The translations under genes and the position numbers were made by a program. From contig CAZSNF010000007.1 in assembly GCA_964608315.1 (NCBI GenBank), positions 5,508 to 69,507 on the forward strand: 64,000 nucleotides of DNA. Direction: 5' to 3'. Of this stretch, positions 31,951 through 42,000 are shown one piece after another. The notes below the pieces were generated by a model. The model was not told the origin of the DNA and ran no database searches. It saw only the letters and a list, made by a program, of their open reading frames with translations. The stretch's first letter is position 1. Every line of letters begins with the position of its first letter. The stretch is from an uncultured Rhodothermales bacterium. Its GTDB lineage: Bacteria; Bacteroidota; Rhodothermia; Rhodothermales; VXPQ01.

Positions 31951-33609
31951 ATGACCGTGAATTTCTCTGGCAGAGGGTTTAGTACGTCAACTCCAGGCCA
32001 GGACTTGGACGAGATAGTCAGTCGCTTGAACGTGGATGACCTCCGAACGATTCTTGGACAAGATGTTCTTGATCTGATTCAGGCGCTCGACAGCATGTCG
32101 GACAATCTTGTAATGTTGAGGCGTCTTGGCAGTATGTTTCTGCACGAGAGTGCAGAAGAAATGCTGGCTCGACGAGATGTTCGAGAACTGTGTCTCAATG
32201 CAATGTCTGCTCAGAAGATCGAAGAGCTTGCCGGGCGCATTGGATTGGAAGATGCCGACGCTGTGCGGACCAAGGATATAGTCAGGGAAGATAAATTGTG
32301 GCATACCTTTCTGGGGTTCTTCGGAGTCAATTTTCGGAAACCTGCTCCGTTCGCGGTTGCGTTGGATAACGAGATTGTGCGGTCGGGGTTCAGCCTATTT
32401 TCACATCAGCGACGGGCTGCTGAAAAAGTACGAGCCGCGATTCGCGGTGGTCGTGGGCGGGTCGTTCTTCATATGCCAACGGGAGCTGGTAAAACCAGAA
32501 CGGCTATGGATGTCGTGAGCCGTATCCTTGTGGAGGCGGAACCGTGTGTTGTCGTCTGGCTAGCCAATAGCGCTGAGTTACTTGATCAAGCCGCCGATGC
32601 TTTCCAACAGGCTTGGGGGCTGTTGGGTAATCGTGATGTTCGTCTCGTGCGTTTTTTTGGGAAAAACACACCTGAATTGTCTGCCGTTTCGGACGGACTG
32701 ATTGTTGCAGGGCTACAGAAGATACATGCTCTGAAGGTGAGAGACCGAATTGCGCTGCTACGCTTGGCGAAAGCGGTTAGACTTGTTGTGGTCGACGAAG
32801 CGCACCAGGCCATTGCTCCTACTTACAGTGAACTGATTAACATACTTGCGGAGACAGGTACGCACAATGCGCTTGTGGGTTTGACGGCAACACCTGGCCG
32901 CACTTGGTCCGACATCGCAGCAGATGAAAGGCTTTCAGAGTTCTTTGGAAATCGGAAGGTTATGCTTGAGATCGAAGGCTGGGATGATCCAGTTTCGTTT
33001 CTCATGGATGAGGGCTATCTAGCGCGTCCACGCTTTCGCCGCTTGGAGATTGAGGCCGAACCAGAGTTGAAGCCGCGTCTCAGTTCTGCCCGAACCAGTG
33101 ACGAATACGATACGGCGTTATTGGAACTCCTTGCAGAGCAAGTTGGCCGCAATGTCGCTATTATCGACGAGGCTAGACGCCTGATCAAAGCTGGTCATAG
33201 CCGGATAATTCTGTTCGGGGCTTCGGTTCGTCATGCTGAAGTGTTGGCTGCCGCGTTTCATGCACTTGAAATTGACGCACACGTTGTCACCGGCAAAACG
33301 GTGTCAACGATACGTAAAAGAACTATCGACGCATTTCGTGGCCCATCGCCGGAACCGATGATCTTGTGTAATTTTGGCGTTCTGACGACCGGTTTCGATG
33401 CTCCGAACACCAGTGCCGCCATTATTGCTCGACCAACGAAGTCTCTTGTACTGTTCAGCCAGATGGTCGGACGTGCAACGCGTGGTACCAAGGCGGGCGG
33501 CAATAAAACTTGCGAGGTTTCCACTGTGGTGGATATCGATTTACCTGGCTTCGGCGATGTTGCCGAAGCATTCACGAATTGGGAGGATATCTGGCATGTC
33601 CCAAACTAA
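31951..33609 (+). CDS. Superfamily 2 DEAD/DEAH-box helicase (COG1061/ResIII-like)
   Basis: Motif I HMPTGAGKTRTA, motif II VVVDEAHQA, motif III GLTATPGR, motif VI QMVGRATRG. 552 aa. Confidence 0.9.
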   Translation: MTVNFSGRGFSTSTPGQDLDEIVSRLNVDDLRTILGQDVLDLIQALDSMSDNLVMLRRLGSMFLHESAEEMLARRDVRELCLNAMSAQKIEELAGRIGLEDADAVRTKDIVREDKLWHTFLGFFGVNFRKPAPFAVALDNEIVRSGFSLFSHQRRAAEKVRAAIRGGRGRVVLHMPTGAGKTRTAMDVVSRILVEAEPCVVVWLANSAELLDQAADAFQQAWGLLGNRDVRLVRFFGKNTPELSAVSDGLIVAGLQKIHALKVRDRIALLRLAKAVRLVVVDEAHQAIAPTYSELINILAETGTHNALVGLTATPGRTWSDIAADERLSEFFGNRKVMLEIEGWDDPVSFLMDEGYLARPRFRRLEIEAEPELKPRLSSARTSDEYDTALLELLAEQVGRNVAIIDEARRLIKAGHSRIILFGASVRHAEVLAAAFHALEIDAHVVTGKTVSTIRKRTIDAFRGPSPEPMILCNFGVLTTGFDAPNTSAAIIARPTKSLVLFSQMVGRATRGTKAGGNKTCEVSTVVDIDLPGFGDVAEAFTNWEDIWHVPN

Positions 33610-35479
33610 AAACCCCGAGTTGGAAAACATAGCAAGTGTCGAGATACTGCCTCTACGGTTGGCTATCACCGCAATGAGGGATTCCGGGTATAAAAACACT
33701 GCTTACGCGCTCGCCGAACTGATTGATAACGCGATACAGGCCAATGCTTCTACAGTGGAGGTGCTATGTGTCGAAAGACGAGAACGTGTGTCAAAGCGTG
33801 AACGCCGACGGCTATGCAAGATGGCGGTTCTCGACAACGGGTGTGGGATGGATGCGCCTACCCTTCAAATCGCGCTGCAATTTGGCAACGGAACCCGCCT
33901 CCGTGATCGGACAGGCATCGGACGTTTCGGTATGGGACTACCTAATGCATCAATTTCGCAGGCAAAAAGGGTGGATGTATGGAGTTGGCAAAATGGGCCG
34001 GACAATGCCATTCATACCTATATCGATCTAAGAGAGATTGAATCGGGAGGAATGAGTGATATTTCATGGCCGAAGCATGACTTCGTGCCTGACGAATGGC
34101 GTAATATCTCTCAAGAGATTGGGAAGAAAGGTACGCTGGTTGTGTGGTCAGATCTAGACCAAACGAGGCTCACATGGAAGGGTGCAGTACCTACACTGCG
34201 CAACACAGAGCGCATCGTGGGCCGTGTGTACAGGCGGTTCATTATGGATAAATCGGTTATGATTCGGCTTGTTGCCATAGAGGAAGGTGGGAGCGAGCCG
34301 AGCCATGATAGATTGGCGGCCTTTGATGATCCTCTGTATCTAACGGCATCGCTAGCGATGCCGGAACCTTTCAACGGTAAGCCGATGTTCGAGCCGGTTT
34401 TTAATGACCCACAACAAATTGAATATGATGGTCAGATGCACGAGGTTATGGTGCGCTACTCGATCGCAACCCCGGATACTGTAACCGAGGCCGGTACACA
34501 ACATCGAGGCCAGACGAAGTATGGAAAACACGCCCGTGGAAATATCGGTGTCTCAGTCATGCGAGCGGGTCGAGAAATTATGCTTGACCAAGGATGGTGT
34601 ATTGGATATGATCCAAGAGAGCGATGGTGGGGTGCTGAGGTCGAGTTCCCGCCAGCACTCGACGAGTTGTTTGGTGTTACCAACAACAAACAAGCGGCCA
34701 CACACTTCTCTGGACTCGCCGTAATTGAATTGGAGCAACTGTTTGAAGAGGGAGAAGAGTTCTTTGATGCCGTGAACCGTTTGAAGGAAGAGGGTGATCC
34801 GCGAGGCTGGTTGCTTGAGTTGGCTGACAGCATCAAGCGAACCCTCGCACAGATACGGGAGGCAGTCAAAGCGCAGGGTGCGGCTTCGCGCTCAAGCAAA
34901 CGAAATCGTCATGACGGGGAAACAGGTGCAACAACCATCCCGAAAGCAGATCCTCTCACCCGTCAAGCCAACGAGGGTTGGAGGGAACGGTCGAAAGAGC
35001 ATCCGATCGAGGGAGAAAACGTATCTCCTACCGAAGAGGATCTTGAGGAGATACGGACCGATCTTGAGAAAAATAAGAAGTACAGTGAAATCGATGCATC
35101 AGATATCGTTTCACTGATTCGTGATGCAGATTTAAAGGTCGTTTTTCTGGAAGCAGATTTTCCAGATGCCTATCAATTGTTCAATGTCGAGATGAAAGGA
35201 CCCGTGACAGAGATCACATTCAATCGAAAACACCCGGCCTTTGATGATATTTTTGGAACGATCACAACGGTGGACGAGAATGTTGACGAGCTCACAAAAG
35301 AGGAGGTTCTTGACCGACTTATACGGGCTATTAACTCCAGCAAGATCATCTTTGCGGCATGGGCACGCTATGAGCGCGAGGCCGGAATCGGCAGGTTGTC
35401 AGCTCTACAAAGGGTTCGTTTTGATTGGGGGCAAATAGCTGCGAAATTTCTTCAACCAGAAAATGACTCCATTTTGTAA
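33596..35479 (+). CDS. GHKL (HATPase_c_3 / MORC-like) ATPase
   Basis: ATG 33596 overlaps the helicase 3' end by 14 nt. N-box ELIDNAIQA, G1 box LDNGCGM, G2 box GRFGMGLPNAS. 627 aa. Confidence 0.85.
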   Translation: MSQTKNPELENIASVEILPLRLAITAMRDSGYKNTAYALAELIDNAIQANASTVEVLCVERRERVSKRERRRLCKMAVLDNGCGMDAPTLQIALQFGNGTRLRDRTGIGRFGMGLPNASISQAKRVDVWSWQNGPDNAIHTYIDLREIESGGMSDISWPKHDFVPDEWRNISQEIGKKGTLVVWSDLDQTRLTWKGAVPTLRNTERIVGRVYRRFIMDKSVMIRLVAIEEGGSEPSHDRLAAFDDPLYLTASLAMPEPFNGKPMFEPVFNDPQQIEYDGQMHEVMVRYSIATPDTVTEAGTQHRGQTKYGKHARGNIGVSVMRAGREIMLDQGWCIGYDPRERWWGAEVEFPPALDELFGVTNNKQAATHFSGLAVIELEQLFEEGEEFFDAVNRLKEEGDPRGWLLELADSIKRTLAQIREAVKAQGAASRSSKRNRHDGETGATTIPKADPLTRQANEGWRERSKEHPIEGENVSPTEEDLEEIRTDLEKNKKYSEIDASDIVSLIRDADLKVVFLEADFPDAYQLFNVEMKGPVTEITFNRKHPAFDDIFGTITTVDENVDELTKEEVLDRLIRAINSSKIIFAAWARYEREAGIGRLSALQRVRFDWGQIAAKFLQPENDSIL

Positions 35480-35499
35480 TCCCATCGAAGGTGTAATCC

Positions 35500-36414
35500 A
35501 TGGTATTAGACGGGGAACGGCTAAAGGGTCTTCTGCAGAATGCGCAGCATGAAGTTTTGCTATGTACTCCTTTTATCAAAGCTAAAGTACTGGAGACAGT
35601 TCTATCGGTTGTTGATGCATCAGTATTTGTTCGAATTTTTACAAGATGGCGGGCGGCTGAAATTGCCGCAGGTGTAAGTGATTTGGCGGTGTTCGAGATT
35701 GCCAATGAACGTCCACGCACTGAACTCAAGTTGCTGGATGATATTCATGCCAAGCTTTATATGGCTGACAATAGGGGTTTGGTCGGTTCTGCAAACCTCA
35801 CGGCAACAGCGTTGGGTTGGACTGAGCGGAGCAATGTCGAAATCCTTATTCCGGTGCAGCGCACCAATGCCGAAGTCTTGTACTTGTTGAAGCGCTTGGA
35901 ATCGGCGGCCCAAGCCACGTTCACAATCCGTTCTGCGGTTGCAGAGGAGGCTGTAGCTCTCACGGAGTTGAAACTAGATGAAAGTTTAGACATGGTGGAA
36001 GAGAGTGAAAACAAAAGGAAACAAGAATGGCTCCCTCGTTGTGCGGCACCACAGAAACTATACACAATGTACGTTGATACCGATACCACCGCTGTTGTCG
36101 AGGGGACAAGGGGGGACGGGCTCGCTGATTTGCACGACCTGAATATTCCCCGAGGTCTGACCAAAGGGGATTTTGCCGATGAAGTGCGAGAAATTCTTTG
36201 CTTGATGCCAGTGTTCAAGCGAATCATTGATCTGGTTCCTAAAGGGCTGAGTGATGCGGATGGTGTTCGGTTTGTCAGTGAGACACGCCCCACACTATCT
36301 GGTTCAGAAGCGACTCTTCAATGGCGTATCATCCGTGATTGGATAGAAGTCTTTTTCGCAAACCAATTTGAGGTGGCTCCAGATTCGTTCGTCACCCGCC
36401 TGAGGCAAAGATAG
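35500..36414 (+). CDS. PLD-family (HKD) nuclease
   Basis: HKD motif HAKLYMADNRGLVGSANLT. 304 aa, starting 20 nt after the GHKL gene. Confidence 0.85.
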   Translation: MVLDGERLKGLLQNAQHEVLLCTPFIKAKVLETVLSVVDASVFVRIFTRWRAAEIAAGVSDLAVFEIANERPRTELKLLDDIHAKLYMADNRGLVGSANLTATALGWTERSNVEILIPVQRTNAEVLYLLKRLESAAQATFTIRSAVAEEAVALTELKLDESLDMVEESENKRKQEWLPRCAAPQKLYTMYVDTDTTAVVEGTRGDGLADLHDLNIPRGLTKGDFADEVREILCLMPVFKRIIDLVPKGLSDADGVRFVSETRPTLSGSEATLQWRIIRDWIEVFFANQFEVAPDSFVTRLRQR

Positions 36415-36456
36415 GGGAGCAATTTAATATTGAATAATTATAAACAGTCTCACCAT

Positions 36457-37707
36457 TTATAGTACAGGCAAATTAATTGTATTATCTTCTATTATTTCAC
36501 GATATTTTGATACTAAATATTCCTTCGATTTTTTAGAGGAACCAAGCATGTAAAGGAGAATTTCACGAAGTGTGGGGTTATGAGAGTTAGAAATAGTCCT
36601 AGTACTGGTATTCCACATAAGTCCTCTATATGGAGGTAGACTAAGGTTTGTCGGAAGTTTTGCAGCCTGTTCGACCGCATCCATAAGAGAGATGTCTTGT
36701 GTCAATTTTGACACAATGCGTGTAAATATTTTCAAACCAATAGGTCTAAACAGTACACTACCTCCATGTTCTCCACGGTATTTTTTTACAACACTCTCGG
36801 TATTTTGTGCAGAAAAAAATTCATCCAATTCTTTAAAAAATCTTCTAAGTTGAAGAAAAAATTGATTCGAATAATCAAAATATTGGTCAAGATCATTTTG
36901 ACTCGGACGTACTCTTTGCAGCACAGGTCCCTTTTTACGCAAGGGAAAATTGGAATCTCTAAATAATATGGTCAATATATCGTATAAATTACCGATGGTT
37001 GTTAAACTTATTGTATTTGATGAAGATACATTATTGCTCGCAACGAAAGCGATTCGATCATCAGAAAAAAGATCACTTTCTTCAATAAGTCTGCGAACAC
37101 AAATCGCCATGACATCATCTTCGTCCAACGCTATAATATCACCCTTCGATACAGGTCTTGCAGTTTTATTCAGTGTTGCAAAGAGTCGGCGTGTTCGCTC
37201 AAGGCCGTTATTGGTATTCTGGTGTGCAACAAAAATTACCGACACTTCATCGTAAGGATCATTTTCTAATCCATCTTGCACTGCTCTTTTGATGCCTGCG
37301 AGTCGGTGTTGTCCGTCTAATGCGAACAGGTTTTCATCTCCGCGAAGCGTAAGAAATCCGACTGAAGAAATGGTATCTTTGCTCAAATTTGTTATCTCAT
37401 CAATCCGAGTCGTGCTTCGAACATTGGATAGTGCGTACCAGTTTGGTTGTCCGCCATATGTGGCAATAACGAGAAAATTGAAGAAGCGCTCTGGCTGAAT
37501 CTTGAGATATTCTGCAATCTGTGTGCTTCGATCTTTCGTTAGCTGTCTCTGTATCATGTCCGAGAGTGCTTTGCTTTTATGTATTTCCTCGGCATAATGA
37601 ACCCGTGAACTCAGTTCTCCTAGGTCCATCAGGCAGGAATAATAAACCCAGTCTCCCATAACACCACGAAGTGCTGGTAAGGTGATCTCGTGCAGATTTC
37701 TTGTCAT
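36457..37707 (-). CDS. DGQHR-domain (DndB-like, ParB/Srx fold) protein
   Basis: FALDGQHRLAGIKRA motif, N-terminal ALRGVMGDWVYYSCLM and QRQL..R...IAEYL as in DndB. Very low GC (hand counts of 25% and 40% in two 60-nt lines). The ATG overlaps the upstream stop (ATGA at 37704-37707). Confidence 0.85.
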   Translation of the reverse strand: MTRNLHEITLPALRGVMGDWVYYSCLMDLGELSSRVHYAEEIHKSKALSDMIQRQLTKDRSTQIAEYLKIQPERFFNFLVIATYGGQPNWYALSNVRSTTRIDEITNLSKDTISSVGFLTLRGDENLFALDGQHRLAGIKRAVQDGLENDPYDEVSVIFVAHQNTNNGLERTRRLFATLNKTARPVSKGDIIALDEDDVMAICVRRLIEESDLFSDDRIAFVASNNVSSSNTISLTTIGNLYDILTILFRDSNFPLRKKGPVLQRVRPSQNDLDQYFDYSNQFFLQLRRFFKELDEFFSAQNTESVVKKYRGEHGGSVLFRPIGLKIFTRIVSKLTQDISLMDAVEQAAKLPTNLSLPPYRGLMWNTSTRTISNSHNPTLREILLYMLGSSKKSKEYLVSKYREIIEDNTINLPVL

Positions 37708-38222
37708 ACTCTGAATGCCCTCCGCTTGTGCCTCGTTTCGGCCTCCAGGTCATTGTTCGAAAATGGCGGCATAAGTGCGGTGTTGAGCTGCTTCTCCAGT
37801 GTCTTTAGATCGTCGGAAGAAATTTCGTCACCAACGGGTGCGAAGAAAAACCGCAGCACCTGATGCCAAGTTCCGATCATACGTGTGATCTGGACGCGCT
37901 TTCTTACTTTTTTTTCGTTAAGGTAATCCTTGTATCGGTCTCTCAGAGAGCGTTCAGAATCCCTGCCCGTAATCCCGATATAGAGGACGTACCCGTGTGG
38001 TGGCAGTACATCATTGTTCTCACAGATTGCAAAGGCGTAAACGCCTCGCCTGTTATCGGGAACCTTGTCAATCTCTTCTGTGCCATAGCTGATAGAGTTC
38101 CACGCAAGGTCGGGAATGATGTATTGGGTCGCCATCATTTTGTCGGATGACAGCGTGACGGTGATCCTAAATTTACCTATTTCGGCTGCCGCCTCGTCAG
38201 CAAAATCTATGAGTGTGTTCAT
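37704..38222 (-). CDS. GIY-YIG-like nuclease domain protein
   Basis: GVYAF...YVLYIGIT (GIY/YIG elements with a longer spacer), followed by Arg (RSLRDRY) and later Glu/Asn (LEKQLNTALMPPFSNN). 172 aa. Confidence 0.55.
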   Translation of the reverse strand: MNTLIDFADEAAAEIGKFRITVTLSSDKMMATQYIIPDLAWNSISYGTEEIDKVPDNRRGVYAFAICENNDVLPPHGYVLYIGITGRDSERSLRDRYKDYLNEKKVRKRVQITRMIGTWHQVLRFFFAPVGDEISSDDLKTLEKQLNTALMPPFSNNDLEAETRHKRRAFRV

Positions 38223-38245
38223 GTCAATCGTCCAGTTTTGTCATG

Positions 38246-39082
38246 TCACTTATGACACGCCAAACACATCTTGGCCTTTCCGTACAAATCGTCTATATCG
38301 AGGGGTTCGCCGTTTGGGCGGAGCGGATTTGACTGAACTCGAGATTGGGTACGGGCAACCCGTTCGCGGTGGTCTCGCCTGATTTGCGCGACCCGCTCCG
38401 GGCGTTCCAACTCGTCCAGCGATTCTCCCTGGCTCCAGGTAAATGGCGAGCCGTCTTCAAGGGCGTTTTTCTCGTATGCCTTGGCCTCCTCGAACGCTTC
38501 GGGATGTTCTTCCCTGAGGCGAACCCATTCGATTTTCTGCTGGAAGAAACAGAACGTGCACCCGCTTCGCGTACGCCACGAGTAGTACGTTGGCAGACCA
38601 AGACCCGCCGCTTCAAGAATCTCCAGTACGCCCGCCTTGTCAACCCCCGCCTCCCTGAAAGGAAGCCGCACGATGAGGTTTTCGTGCTTGGAGGCATAGC
38701 CTTCCCGGTACGATTCGTCGCTTCGGATGGCGACGTAACTGTAAACGGTCGCGCCCTCGTTGAGCATCGGGCGGACCCAGTGCTCGAACGGTCGCAGTTT
38801 TAATTGACGGGTGCACCAGCGGGTCTGGGCCGAAGGCAGGAATCCATTGTATTGCTTGAGCCAGAAGTCGAAGTCCCGGTCCGGATTGAGTCGGAGGATG
38901 GGTCGTCCCAGCAAGCCCTCCAGTCGCCCAAGATATTCGTAGACTTCGGGCAATTCCTTCCCGGTATCCGTGAAGAAGTAGTCGATCTCCAGGTCAGGGT
39001 GGTACTGGCGCATGTAGACAGCCAGCGCCGCGCTGTCGCGCCCGCCGGAGAGTCCAAGAACATGTTTGACGACGCCCGCCAT
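38246..39082 (-). CDS. PAPS-reductase-family PP-loop ATP pyrophosphatase (SspD/DndC-like)
   Basis: PP-loop LSGGRDSAAL, RWCTRQLKLRP, and the SGCTFCFFQ Cys pair. The ATG shares one nt with the upstream TGA (39082). Confidence 0.85.
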   Translation of the reverse strand: MAGVVKHVLGLSGGRDSAALAVYMRQYHPDLEIDYFFTDTGKELPEVYEYLGRLEGLLGRPILRLNPDRDFDFWLKQYNGFLPSAQTRWCTRQLKLRPFEHWVRPMLNEGATVYSYVAIRSDESYREGYASKHENLIVRLPFREAGVDKAGVLEILEAAGLGLPTYYSWRTRSGCTFCFFQQKIEWVRLREEHPEAFEEAKAYEKNALEDGSPFTWSQGESLDELERPERVAQIRRDHRERVARTQSRVQSNPLRPNGEPLDIDDLYGKAKMCLACHK

Positions 39083-42000
39083 CAGGAAGCCTTCTTTGTT
39101 TTGCCTTTTCTTTCCCGTTCGGGAACCGATTGTTCCATTTCCACGAGAATTTCCGACAGGGCGGCAAGGATAATGCCCTGCCGGTTCGTGCCGACCTCTT
39201 TAAGCGTTTGTTCGATGGTTTGTATCATCTCGTCCACACTGGTCTGGTCCGCATCAGCGATATCGAACTCCTTGAATACAGGCGTAGCCTGCCCGTTTAT
39301 CGGTAAGATCACAGCCATGGACTGCCGTTTATCGCTCCGCCCCTGAACCTCTGCAAAGGTTTCTGCCCGGACAAACTTTCGGCTCAGATCGGCGATTTCC
39401 ATGGTCGCCCTGTCCAGGTCGGGATCGACCCAGGTATGCGGCGGCTTGTTTGCGGCGAGGCTGGCTATTCCCTCAAAGGTTTCGTCCTTGCCGTCGAAAA
39501 CGGAAAGCCTGCCGACGAATGCGTCGATCCGGAAGTCCCCGGATATCCGCTTTATGTTTTTCGCCCGGACGCGCAATTCGTCCATGGAAGAGCGGGAAGT
39601 GTTCGGAACGCGCAGTTCTGCAAGCATGACGTCGCGCAAGCGATGCAGCATGGCGGGATAGGCCGCCACCAGTTCCTCCAACCCCTCGCGCATGTTTTTC
39701 GTAATCCTGCGCAGGCCCTTTTTGTCCGTGGAGGTGACTTTTTCGCCGAAGGTCCCCGGAATGTCGTCGAAGAGGAGCTTGTTCGGGTCCTGCGCTCGTT
39801 TGAAGATGTCCCGAATATTCTTTGCGTTTGCAGAGAGTCGCATGGTCCGCCTGGTCCATTGCGGCAGATCGTCGTAAATGGCTACCAGGCCCCGCGCCAC
39901 ATCAAGGGGCTTCAGGTGAACGAGCGTATTGGAGTAGTCGAGGCTGCGTACGATGTCGGCCATATCCGACAGCAATTGCCGCGCGGCCCCGTTTATGTTC
40001 ATCCAGCGCACCTGAATGCTGTCGGGGCGCTTGGCGAGGCACTCGACGTCCACATCGTCAAAGCGGGCCCTGAACATCCCTTCCCGATAGATAGCCAGAT
40101 TGTCTTTTTGCGACAGCAGGAAGGCCACTGCAAAAACAGGCATTAAGCCGTTTTTGACGCCATAGGGCGGTTTGCGCCAGAGATCGAGCAATTCCGAAAC
40201 GGCGACCGTACGATCGGCGTGTTCCTGCACATATTTGAGCGCGGCCTTCCACATGGGGGCCAGATTGCAGGGATCGTTCGGGCTATCCAGAGGCGATCTA
40301 AAACGCCATGCATCCTTGTTTTGGACATAGAGACCCGTCGCCTCCAGCATCGAGACGAAAAGCCCGCGCTCCGCCGGGTATCCCTCAATGCCCAGTCGCT
40401 CTGTTCCTTCGTGCAGCGCCATGCGCCGCAACAAGTTGTTCTGTGCGGAGACCGCGCTGGCCGATGGTTTCTGTCGGTTGAGAAGTTCGTTATGCAGTTG
40501 AGGGGATTTGTCGAACCGTCGATCCGCCAGCGTGGAAGCGAGATGATTCAAGGCCACATGCCGATAGCGCGCGGGTTCCTCGTTTTTGCTAAACCACAGG
40601 GCATGATCGAATGCCTGGTGCAATTCCGCTTCAAGAAGAGACTGTACGGTTGCGTAGCGGGCGGACACTTCGCGCCGCGCCACGGAATCCCCGGCCAATT
40701 CAGGGCGATACGTTCGCACCTTGTCCAGCGCAAGCAGTTCTCGGGCAAGGGGGACAATGCGATCCGGCGCTTCCGCGACCCCAACGACGGTGTCTCCATC
40801 CGTGTCATGCTGAGCGGTTTCCCGGCAAAGGTCGCGGGTTTGTCGCTTGCTTTCCCCTCGCGCGGGAATGGCGAGCAGAAAACGCCCTGTCGCCTTGCTT
40901 TTCGGGTCGAAACGGGCCGCGTATTCCGCAAGATCGTGCGCCGGGACGATCTTCACATCGAACCAGCGCAGTACGCCCGTTTTATGATAATGACGCTTGG
41001 CAAGGAGCGGGTGGATGCCGGCCAGCGCATTCAGGGATTGAAAATCGACTTCGTCTATATCGTCCAGGGCGTCCTGCGTAGCCTGTTCTATATCGAAATC
41101 GCTTCCGGCGAACACGGCGTAGGCTTCCAGAAACTTTTTGAAAATGACGAACGACCCTTTACGCAACCGGGCCCGCGCGTCCCGAAGTTTTTTGCGGGAC
41201 GATTCGGGAAAACAGGCGGCCAGCAGGTCCGCATTCGCGATGATCCCCGACCGCTCCTTGAACAGGTCGATGACCGCGATGGTCTTGAGCAACCGAATGT
41301 CGAGCGGAGCGCTCCCCAGCGATTCGCAACGTTCGAGCGCTTCCACCGCCGACGACCAGCGGTGCCCATCCGGAGAGGCGAGAATGGAAGGCTCAAGATT
41401 GACGCACAGGTAATCCCAGAGGCGATCCGGGCCGTACAGGTCGTTTTCCTCGGCGTGTTTCAGAAAATCCTGAAAGCCGTGCAGTTCAGAGGAGTTCAGA
41501 AAGCCGAAAATGCTTCGTTGATTTTGCCCGAAACGGCGCCGCGATACGGGACCGAGCAAGCAGGTCGTAACAGGATGCAATGGCCAGCATGCGTCCAGCA
41601 TGTCGGTCAGGGGCGTTATGTCTTCGGTGCGTCCCCGATACGCGCAGGCGGCTACTGCTCTGGAGGGGAGCGTAGAAACGACTTCGGCAGGAGGATCGCC
41701 TTCGATGGCGCGAGCGATCAGGTCGATCTGCTCTTCCCCGGCCGCATTTACGACAAGATCGACGAAACGCCCCTGGATTTTGGTCCATTCGTCGCGCATT
41801 TCTCGGGAAAGGCGGTGGGCGTATTCCTCGAATGCCTGGTGCAACACGCCGATAATGAGCAAACGCCCCTTGCTTCGCGAGGCGGCCTCGGCGAGTTGCT
41901 GCAGAATGTATACGTCGCCATTGTTTTGCGCCGCCGCTTCAAGAAATTTCCCCATTTCGTCGATGAACAGGACAATCCCGTCGTGTTCGTCGGAAGCGGC

